Source of the DNA: a bacterium
GTDB lineage: Bacteria > Zhuqueibacterota > Zhuqueibacteria > Residuimicrobiales > Krinioviventaceae
Length of the DNA stretch: 64,000 bases
Direction: 5' to 3'
Assembly (NCBI GenBank): GCA_029561455.1
Contig: JAKQIY010000047.1
Location: 332 to 64,331 of the forward strand
The translations under genes were made by a program, and so were the position numbers. This document shows, piece by piece, positions 52,295 to 60,132 of this stretch (the stretch's first letter is position 1; each line of letters starts with the position of its first letter). Under the pieces are notes generated by a model. It did no database searches and was not told the origin of the DNA. It was given only the letters and a program-made list of their open reading frames with translations.

Positions 52295-53617
52295 GTGCTT
52301 ACCCTGGTATTTCTGGTTCTGGCTATAGTTTTTATCGTTGTTTCCAGTACGCGGTTCAACCTGCATCCATTTTTATCCCTGCTGATCGCCGCGATATTTG
52401 TCGGTTTTAGCGGCGGGCTCGATGCCGCGGCTGTCATTACCGCCATTACCGACGGCTTTGGCAGTACCTTAAAAAGCATCGGTATTGTTATAGCGTTTGG
52501 GGCCATCATCGGCGTATTCCTGGAACGCAGCGGCGGGGCGCAGGCTCTGGCCGCTTTTGTTCTGAAACTGGTCGGCGAAAAACGCGCGCCCCTGGCCATG
52601 AATATTACCGGTTATATCGTCTCCATTCCGGTGTTTTGCGATTCGGGATTTGTCATTTTATCGGCTCTGAACAAGGCGATCAGTAAAAAAACCGGACTGT
52701 CCATGACCATCCTCGCCGTGGCGCTGGCAACGGGATTGTACAGCACCCATGTGTTTGTGCCGCCGACACCGGGACCGCTGGCTGCCGCCGCTACCCTCAA
52801 TGTGGATATCGGCCTGGTCATTCTGCTGGGACTGGTTGTTGCCATCCCTGCGTCGTTGGCGGGTTTGTTGTGGGCTTGTTTCTATGGCAAGCGATTTCAT
52901 GTTACTCCCCAAGAAAATGTTGAAGCGGAGAGTGTGCGCCAACCACACCCCGCAGTTTCGGCAGCGTTTACACCTTTGTTAACGCCTATTGCCCTTATTG
53001 CCCTGCGTTCAGTTGCCGATCTGCCCGGTCTGCCGTTTGGTCAGGGCTGGTTTTACCAGGTAATCATGTTCCTGGGCAACCCGGTTACGGCCCTGCTGAT
53101 CGGCGTGCTGTTGTCGTTTACCCTGAAAAGCCGTAAGGTAAAGGAATCTGCAATGGATTGGGTGGGGGAAGGATTGAAAAGCGCGGGCGTGATCATTCTC
53201 ATCACCGGGGCAGGCGGGGCCTTTGGCGGCATTCTCCGCGCCACGCATATCGGCGATACGCTCGGCAACGCGTTGAGTCAATGGCAGATCGGTATCTTTT
53301 TACCATTTATCATAGCCGCTGTGCTCAAAACAGCCCAGGGCTCGTCAACTGTTGCTATCATTACCACCGCGGCGCTGGTGTCACCATTGCTGCCGGCAAT
53401 GGGACTCGATTCCTCGCTGGCGCGGGCGCTGGTGGTGTTAGCTATCGGCGCGGGATCCATGACCGTCTCCCACGCCAACGACAGCTATTTTTGGGTGGTG
53501 GAGCAGTTTTCGGACATGGATACCGCCACCGCGTTGAAATGCCATACTATGGCTACCCTGATGCAGGGACTGGTGGGCATTGCGGTGATAGCGTTATTGA
53601 CAATGGTGATGGTATAA
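52295..53617 (+). CDS. GntP family (gluconate-type) permease
   Basis: LHPFL, IPVFCDSG, VPPTPGP, ITGAGG, AQGSSTVA and SHANDS motifs. Confidence 0.92.
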   Translation: MLTLVFLVLAIVFIVVSSTRFNLHPFLSLLIAAIFVGFSGGLDAAAVITAITDGFGSTLKSIGIVIAFGAIIGVFLERSGGAQALAAFVLKLVGEKRAPLAMNITGYIVSIPVFCDSGFVILSALNKAISKKTGLSMTILAVALATGLYSTHVFVPPTPGPLAAAATLNVDIGLVILLGLVVAIPASLAGLLWACFYGKRFHVTPQENVEAESVRQPHPAVSAAFTPLLTPIALIALRSVADLPGLPFGQGWFYQVIMFLGNPVTALLIGVLLSFTLKSRKVKESAMDWVGEGLKSAGVIILITGAGGAFGGILRATHIGDTLGNALSQWQIGIFLPFIIAAVLKTAQGSSTVAIITTAALVSPLLPAMGLDSSLARALVVLAIGAGSMTVSHANDSYFWVVEQFSDMDTATALKCHTMATLMQGLVGIAVIALLTMVMV

Positions 53618-53635
53618 ATACCAACTTTAAAATTC

Positions 53636-53810
53636 TTATCCGCAGATAACACAGATTTACGCAGATGTAAAACCGGATGATTTAGATTGTTGATAACTTT
53701 TATTACCGCAAGGCGGTTATATTAAAGGCATTTACATATTAACCCCGTCAGGGGTAATATATCTCTAGAATATTCGAAATCACAATATCAAGCCACGCTA
53801 GTGGCGAAAC
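53636..53810. repeat. Cluster of short degenerate REP-like palindromes
   Basis: CCGCAGATAACACAGATTTACGCAGAT, ACCGCAAGGCGGT, ACCCCGTCAGGGGT (also in the 530 bp unit) and GCCACGCTAGTGGC. Confidence 0.5.
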
Positions 53811-53940
53811 CTAAAAAACCATATTAAAGTTCAAAGGCGAACTCCTTTTTTATTATTCTTTGCCTTTAGAAAAGATGGAAATAGTCAAACTTTGAAGCAT
53901 TAAAATATTTAGATAGGCGCTTTATTATTAAAATTATCAC

Positions 53941-53969
53941 TTGAATAAACTGGAATAAACAATTATATT
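53941..53969 (+). promoter_or_regulatory. Putative sigma-70 promoter of the addiction module
   Basis: TTGAAT-17 bp-TATATT, overlapping a GAATAAAC direct repeat. Confidence 0.5.
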
Positions 53970-54003
53970 ATTTTAAAATAGATTGTTTTTATTGAGGTGA
54001 ACT

Positions 54004-54228
54004 ATGAAAACACATGCCCTCAAGGATAAGCTTTTAGATAAAACTCAAAAACTGAAACCTGTTGAAAAATTGCAATTGATTGATGCTTTACTGGAAAACC
54101 TTGATAAACAGGATCCGGAGATAGACAAACTCTGGGTAAAAGAGGCTGATGAGCGTTACGAGGCATACAAGAAAGGAGAATTAAAAACAACCTGTTGGGA
54201 AGAGATTAAAAAAAGTACAAATAACTGA
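54004..54228 (+). CDS. Putative addiction module antitoxin component (TIGR02574-like)
   Basis: 74 aa; L...EKLQLIDALLENLD...IDKLWVKEADERYEAYKKG pattern; GAGG RBS. Confidence 0.82.
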   Translation: MKTHALKDKLLDKTQKLKPVEKLQLIDALLENLDKQDPEIDKLWVKEADERYEAYKKGELKTTCWEEIKKSTNN

Positions 54229-54374
54229 ATGTCCTGTTACTATACTCTTTAGAAAAAGTTGGAAGGTTCCCCTATTATATTTTATATTCAATAGATGTTT
54301 ATGATGATATTTAAATTTTAGCAATCGCCAATATGCATCGCAATCCTGTCAATTATAAAGATAGAATAATTTAG
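54229..54374 (+). pseudogene. Remnant of a RelE/ParE-family toxin
   Basis: Frame from 54261 reads GRFPYYILYSIDVYDDI*ILAIANMHRNPVNYKDRII*, the typical toxin C-terminal half. It has an in-frame TAA at 54312-54314 and no N-terminal half. Confidence 0.78.
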
Positions 54375-54600
54375 CTGTTAGATATACAAAAATTGTAATT
54401 ATTTATTACATATCTGTTCCCAAAGAGTTTGGTATTATAAATAAAATTTTCCGATTTATACTATTTCTTCTTTTGAAATTGATACTGCATAGATTTAAAT
54501 TATATGAAAAATGCATGGTGTATAATTTGCAACATTTATTAACGTAATTATGGGAAATTATTTTTCTCTAAAAAAAATGTAAAACCGAAAGAGGGTCAAA

Positions 54601-55782
54601 ATGAAAGCAAAACTTTTAATTGCTGTAGCAATTATGTTCTGTACCTCGATGGCGTTTGCCGCCGGACCGATCATCATCGATCATACCTGCATCGACATTT
54701 ACCAGGTTCCCATTGAATATATCAATGCCGCCAAAACCAACCTGCACATTGGCTATGGCTTTACCTCGCATGGCAGCCAGATCGTTTCCGGTATGTCCGG
54801 GTTAATTGGTTTTATGAATACCAAAACCGGTTATCCGCAAAATTTATTTGCCTATAACAGCTCCGGCTCCGGCGGGGCGCTGCACCTGTATGAAGGCAGC
54901 GGTTATGATGAAGGCGGCAATCTCTCGCTCGACGCCGGATACTATTCGAACTGGGTGGATAAAACCCGGGCATTTTTAGGGGCCCCGAATGCGAGCGGCC
55001 GTGGTTCGAGTCGACCGGAATATAATGTCATCATGTGGGCCTGGTGTGGACAACTTTCCGGTTATAGTCATGATGACCTCTATAATATGTACATCAACGA
55101 CATGAACCAATTGGAACAGGATTATTTTGGCGTTACTTTTGTTTACATGACCGGTCATTCCGACGGCTCAGGACTGGAAGGCACTCTGCATAACAGGAAT
55201 ACAGAAATGCGTAATTACTGCATTGCCAATAACAAGGTGTTGTTTGATTTTTATGATATAGAATGCTACAACCCGGACGGCGTTTATTTTGGCGATAAAT
55301 ATGTTACCGACGAATGCAATTACAGCGGCGGCAACTGGGCTATTGACTGGCAAAATGCCCATACCGAAGGGGTGGACTGGTATTCGTGTGAACCCGCGCA
55401 TACCCAGCCGATCGTCGGCAATATGAAGGCTTACGCAATTTGGTGGCTGTGGGCGCGCCTGGCCGGATGGGCAGGTCCGGAAGGGACGGATACAACCGAT
55501 AATAATCCGTCTATTGTTACGAATTTTGCTCTGCAGCAAAACTATCCAAATCCGTTTAACGCCGGAACAACTATCCAATTTTCTTTGCCGGAAAAATCCT
55601 GGGTCTCATTAACCGTATATAATCTCAAAGGCCAGGTAGTACAAACTCCCCTGCAGGGAACCCGTACTGCCGGTAATCATAGCATTACCTTAGCTATGAA
55701 CGATCTGCCTTCGGGAATTTATTATTATACTCTGCAAGCCGGAAAGGTTAGTCAAACCCGGAAATTTACGTTAATAAAGTAA
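54601..55782 (+). CDS. Secreted protein of unknown function with T9SS type-A-like C-terminal sorting domain
   Basis: Signal peptide (AFA); C-terminal LQQNYPNPFN...YNLKGQ...SGIYYY...RKFTLIK. Confidence 0.8.
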   Translation: MKAKLLIAVAIMFCTSMAFAAGPIIIDHTCIDIYQVPIEYINAAKTNLHIGYGFTSHGSQIVSGMSGLIGFMNTKTGYPQNLFAYNSSGSGGALHLYEGSGYDEGGNLSLDAGYYSNWVDKTRAFLGAPNASGRGSSRPEYNVIMWAWCGQLSGYSHDDLYNMYINDMNQLEQDYFGVTFVYMTGHSDGSGLEGTLHNRNTEMRNYCIANNKVLFDFYDIECYNPDGVYFGDKYVTDECNYSGGNWAIDWQNAHTEGVDWYSCEPAHTQPIVGNMKAYAIWWLWARLAGWAGPEGTDTTDNNPSIVTNFALQQNYPNPFNAGTTIQFSLPEKSWVSLTVYNLKGQVVQTPLQGTRTAGNHSITLAMNDLPSGIYYYTLQAGKVSQTRKFTLIK

Positions 55783-55788
55783 ATAGAG

Positions 55789-56715
55789 ATGGCTATGAAA
55801 TTACTTTTAAGAAAAAATTTTTTAGTTGCTTTTATTTTCATATTAATAATGGCAACTTGTTTGTATGCCATGCAAATTTACGTATATGATCATTCCTTTT
55901 CACCGGGTTCTACATATACCTATGATGTTGAACAAACTGATACAATCGACCAGTTAAAAGCAAAAATTGAAGATCTGCAAAGCATACCGGTAAACCAACA
56001 GTATCTCTATTTTAATGGTGTTTTTTTAGAAGAGAGTTACACATTACAGGACTATAATGTTCAAAAAAACAATACGCTCGATTTATATAATTATGATACC
56101 GCCTTACCGGTGTCATTGACGGAATTTATAGCTATTTCTAACGGTAACAGCGTCCTAATCCAATGGGTCACCGAAAGTGAAACCGACAATCTCGGTTTTA
56201 TTCTGGATAAAAGCATTGCCGAAACTAACGACTGGCAACTTGTTGCTTCCTGGACTACTCATTCGGCGCTCGCCGGACAAGGCAGCACATCGAGCCGCAC
56301 AGAGTATTCTTTTACCGATGTCAATGTCAAGGAAAATACCGGTTATCGCTACCGGCTTGCCTCGGTCAGTATTAACGGTACAATTCAAATTGAAAAAGAA
56401 ACCGAATATGCAGGCCGGACTGCCGGTCTCCCCATTGCCTTTACACTGGAACCGCCGTACCCGAATCCATTCAATTCCTCGGTAAAAATCATTTATCATT
56501 TGAATGCGGATGAAACAGTCAGGATTGATGTGCATGATATTATGGGGCGGCTGGTAAAGGTGTTATTACAGGATGGCAGACAGCAAGCTGGATCTTATAC
56601 CCTCACCTGGGACGGCACCGATAATTCCGGTGTAACAGCCCCTTCCGGAGAATATATCATACGCATAACTACTGATAACCGTCAATTGACGGGTAAAGTA
56701 CTTTTACTGAAATAG
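55789..56715 (+). CDS. Secreted protein: signal peptide, ubiquitin-like domain, Ig-like domain and FlgD-Ig/T9SS-like sorting domain
   Basis: After a 27 aa signal comes MQIYV...VEQTDTIDQLKAKIED...IP..QQ.L.F.G..LE...TL.DYN.QK..TL.L, then LPVSL...W.T.SETDNLGF, then PYPNPFN...WDGTD...SG.Y. Confidence 0.88.
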   Translation: MAMKLLLRKNFLVAFIFILIMATCLYAMQIYVYDHSFSPGSTYTYDVEQTDTIDQLKAKIEDLQSIPVNQQYLYFNGVFLEESYTLQDYNVQKNNTLDLYNYDTALPVSLTEFIAISNGNSVLIQWVTESETDNLGFILDKSIAETNDWQLVASWTTHSALAGQGSTSSRTEYSFTDVNVKENTGYRYRLASVSINGTIQIEKETEYAGRTAGLPIAFTLEPPYPNPFNSSVKIIYHLNADETVRIDVHDIMGRLVKVLLQDGRQQAGSYTLTWDGTDNSGVTAPSGEYIIRITTDNRQLTGKVLLLK

Positions 56716-56727
56716 ATATTTTAAAAT

Positions 56728-56770
56728 ACCCGCCCCGGATGCAATATTCCGGGCGGGTTCTGATTTATTT
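56728..56770 (+). terminator. Probable terminator hairpin
   Basis: ACCCGCCCCGGA...TCCGGGCGGGT just after the stop codon, followed by T-rich sequence. Confidence 0.55.
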
Positions 56771-56826
56771 ATCTGATCTTTTGTAAGCATTTACACTCAC
56801 TATGACTCTCACGGAATCCTGGAATC

Positions 56827-57741
56827 ATGATAAAGCCCTCGTTGCGGTTTGGTATTTTACTCGGTCTTGTTATTTTATTCCTGATAAACCTGTTTTACCT
56901 GCTTATTGACCCGCCCGGTTATTACACCCTGCTGGTCTGCTATTTATCCCCCGATCATCATCTCAACTCTCCGGCAAACACCGCCAAACTGGTGTTGACA
57001 GGGCTTTTAGCAATAACAGTTTTCTGGTGGCTGGCAACCGGGCCATTTGTCCGCACCTTTTATAAGGCAATTAAACAGGCGCCTGTTATAGATAAATCCG
57101 GTTTTGTAATCACCGTATTATTATTGCTGTCTTTCTTGCTTCATATAGCACTGCCAGATTCCAGGTTGATAAACCTGTTATACATGGAAGATCAATTCTT
57201 TGAAACCGTTACTGTGCTTTGCGCGCTGGCAGCCGCGGCATTTTTGTTTGCAAGCATTCGCAACCGGCAAACCGGCTGGGTACGGGTCATTTTGTTATTG
57301 TTGGCCGGGCTGTTTTTCTTGTTTGCAATGGAAGAAATAAGCTGGGGTCAACGAATATTTGGCTGGTCAACTCCACAAGCCCTGAAAGGTCATAATTACC
57401 AGCAGGAGGCGAATCTACACAACTTTTTTAATCCGCTTTTTAAAATTGCCTATCCGCTGTTTAATTTGTTGATAAGCATGGGGTTGTTTCTGCTGGTAAA
57501 ATACAAAAGCGTTATCAGCAAACGGTTACCGGAAAAAGAATATCTGCGCTTGCTGCCTGTTGATCTGGCGCCCATTTATGCCCCGGTTTTTTTGCTGCTG
57601 TTTTTGCAAAGCTGTATTTATAATACGGAACTGACCGAGGAGGTCGTGGCGGTTTTTGGGTTGAGTTATGCGATAAGGCAAAATTTTAAAATTACGACAT
57701 CATTTTTACAGTTTGAATATACAAGTGACAAGGGGCGGTGA
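56827..57741 (+). CDS. Hypothetical polytopic membrane protein (EEISWGQR motif family)
   Basis: Multiple TM segments; ED..FE, MEEISWGQRIFG and NYQQEANLHN motifs. Confidence 0.75.
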   Translation: MIKPSLRFGILLGLVILFLINLFYLLIDPPGYYTLLVCYLSPDHHLNSPANTAKLVLTGLLAITVFWWLATGPFVRTFYKAIKQAPVIDKSGFVITVLLLLSFLLHIALPDSRLINLLYMEDQFFETVTVLCALAAAAFLFASIRNRQTGWVRVILLLLAGLFFLFAMEEISWGQRIFGWSTPQALKGHNYQQEANLHNFFNPLFKIAYPLFNLLISMGLFLLVKYKSVISKRLPEKEYLRLLPVDLAPIYAPVFLLLFLQSCIYNTELTEEVVAVFGLSYAIRQNFKITTSFLQFEYTSDKGR

Positions 57742-57771
57742 ACCCCTTGTCGTAATAAGAATGCGTTTTAT

Positions 57772-60018
57772 CTAATCTTTTACACAGCGGATGGAAAAGC
57801 CAAACTTTTTATTGTTATCATAACGATAAATGATTGGTGTACCAAAATCCATTAACCGATTCCAGGCGTTTGTGCCGGAGCTTTCTGTTGCAGTCCAAAT
57901 TATTGTTCCGGATCCTAAATTGCTATAATCACCATAGTCATAACGATAGCCGGCGGGCAAGGCTGTAAATCCATATTCGTTGGTAGCGCCTTCATTGGGG
58001 AATTCCCAATGAACAGTTCCAGTTTCTTTCAGTTTTCCTCCTTCATTAGAGCCCCTGAGGTCTGTTAGATCTGCTTGTTCCCGGCTCATACCTATGGTCA
58101 TTTCCAGTTGTTTCCATTCCTCATCGCTGGGCACATGCCAGCCGGACGGTGCAATTTGTCTCCCGTCATGAACGGCAAGCCAGTTATAAAGACAACTATA
58201 GGTGGAAATATTATTGACATCATTATAGTAACAGCACCAGGCGCCGGTGGTTAGTGAGGTCCATTCTCCATTATTGGTAATATTGGGAATGACGTCACCG
58301 TTACGGTAATGCGTCACCTTGAGATTTTCCGCCATCCACCATTGCTCGCCGATCATAATCGTTTTGTAGACATTACCATCGATATCGGTCACGGTTCCGG
58401 TAATAAAAGAAATGGTTGTAAAGCTCCAGGGATCAGTCCACGCGGTAGTAGCGCCGTTGTTTGTGGCATTGACCCGCCAATAATAAGTAACTCCACCAGA
58501 TAGTCCGTTCACCTGGAAAGATGTTGTGGTTATACCCTCCTCATCTATAATCAATGTGCTAAAATCCGGTTGTGTAGAAACCTGAAGTCCATAGGTTTTC
58601 GCACCACCTGTGGCTATCCAGGTTAACATTGGAAGAACTGTTATACCCGTATCACCATTTGCCGGAGAGGATAGCGCCGGAAGGTTGGGTAAACTTCCAT
58701 TGAGGATGCAGCGTACCGAAAAGCCTTTTTGCTTTTCAAATAACCCTCTATAAACTTTGACACTATCGGAAAGTAAGATACGACTCCATGCAAAAGAGTC
58801 ACTATAGTCGCTGGCGCTCCAGAAAGAGGCTAATATTCCCAAAGGGTCAAAGGCGCCATAAAAATAGCGTGACCCGCCGGGCAATACGGTAAAGCCTGTT
58901 TCATTTGTCGCCCCTGCATTGGGGGCTTCCCAATGAGTTGTGCCGGTTTCTTTAAGTTTGCCGCCCTGGGTGGTTCCGCGCCAGTATTGGTCATCGGCCT
59001 CCTGGCGGTTCATCCCCAGGCTAATTTCAAGTTGCTTCCATTCCTCATCTGTGGGAAGATGCCAATCTAAGGGAGCAAGGTTACGGTTATCGTTAACAGC
59101 AAACCAGTTATAAAGATAGCCATAGGTAGCAACATTATTTTGTTCATCTGCGGCGGCGCACAAGGCCCCGGTAGTTAAAGAACTCCATCCCGTATCATCG
59201 GTAATGTTTGGTAATGCATCTCCATTACGATAATGGGTCACTTGCAGGTTTTCCGCCATCCACCATTGCTCGCCGATTTTTACAGTGCGGTAGACATTGC
59301 CGTCAATATCCGTTACGGTGCGGATAACGTTTATATTAAATACTTTGTTTCCCATAATCTGCACATCATGCTGCTCCCAGGTTTCAATATCCTTACTGGA
59401 AACCCGCAGCAGGTAATTGTTGGATTGGGCTTTGTACAAGCCGCTTTGTCCAGCCCCGGCGGCTGAACTGGATGCGGAAATATTGCCCAGGTGGCCATCC
59501 AGCAACAGCATTTTACGGGTGATCCTTTTTCCCTCGGTTATCATAGTATAAAGGTATACTCCCGCGGAGACGCCCCGGCCCTGGTCGTTGATTCCATTCC
59601 ATAAAATATGACCATAAAGATCGGTTTGCCAGGCATCCAGCAAAGTTTTGATCTTTTGTCCCAGCACATTATAAATTTCAATGCGCACCTGCGCGGGATG
59701 GGGTATTTCATAACTTATTACTGTTGACGGATTGAACGGATTAGGATAGTTTTGCAGCAACTGAAATGCGCCCGGCTTTTGCGCGGGCGTTTCGTCGATC
59801 CCGGTTTCGGTTATGGTGATGGAGTATTGACCCTGGGCATCGGTGATCCCATTAAAACACCTGTCGGCATTGGCTTGGTCGATCACCTCGATAAAGGCAT
59901 TCTCCACAGGCTCGGCGCCGTTATCCGTTACCACGCCCTGTAAGACAATTTGCGCATTCAGGCAGCCGGCGAGCATAAAGAGAGCAATAAATACAATAAG
60001 CAAATAACGGCGGGACAT
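57772..60018 (-). CDS. Secreted protein with internal FlgD-Ig-like domain, two FISUMP (Fibrobacter succinogenes major paralogous) domains and a fibronectin III domain
   Basis: Two repeats of VTDIDGNVY.T..IG.QWWMAENL...LYNW.AV...WH.P.DEEW...GFS.RC; YYWRVNA Fn3 motif; LLQNYPNPFNPST near the N-terminus. Confidence 0.88.
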   Translation of the reverse strand: MSRRYLLIVFIALFMLAGCLNAQIVLQGVVTDNGAEPVENAFIEVIDQANADRCFNGITDAQGQYSITITETGIDETPAQKPGAFQLLQNYPNPFNPSTVISYEIPHPAQVRIEIYNVLGQKIKTLLDAWQTDLYGHILWNGINDQGRGVSAGVYLYTMITEGKRITRKMLLLDGHLGNISASSSAAGAGQSGLYKAQSNNYLLRVSSKDIETWEQHDVQIMGNKVFNINVIRTVTDIDGNVYRTVKIGEQWWMAENLQVTHYRNGDALPNITDDTGWSSLTTGALCAAADEQNNVATYGYLYNWFAVNDNRNLAPLDWHLPTDEEWKQLEISLGMNRQEADDQYWRGTTQGGKLKETGTTHWEAPNAGATNETGFTVLPGGSRYFYGAFDPLGILASFWSASDYSDSFAWSRILLSDSVKVYRGLFEKQKGFSVRCILNGSLPNLPALSSPANGDTGITVLPMLTWIATGGAKTYGLQVSTQPDFSTLIIDEEGITTTSFQVNGLSGGVTYYWRVNATNNGATTAWTDPWSFTTISFITGTVTDIDGNVYKTIMIGEQWWMAENLKVTHYRNGDVIPNITNNGEWTSLTTGAWCCYYNDVNNISTYSCLYNWLAVHDGRQIAPSGWHVPSDEEWKQLEMTIGMSREQADLTDLRGSNEGGKLKETGTVHWEFPNEGATNEYGFTALPAGYRYDYGDYSNLGSGTIIWTATESSGTNAWNRLMDFGTPIIYRYDNNKKFGFSIRCVKD

Positions 60019-60132
60019 GTTTCCTCCATAGCAGTTGATAATATTTTTATTTTACATTAAAACAGCTTTTATAAAATCCGCACAAGGGGCTTGTTACCCC
60101 TTGTGCAGCTGCTAAATAACATTTTTTAAATC

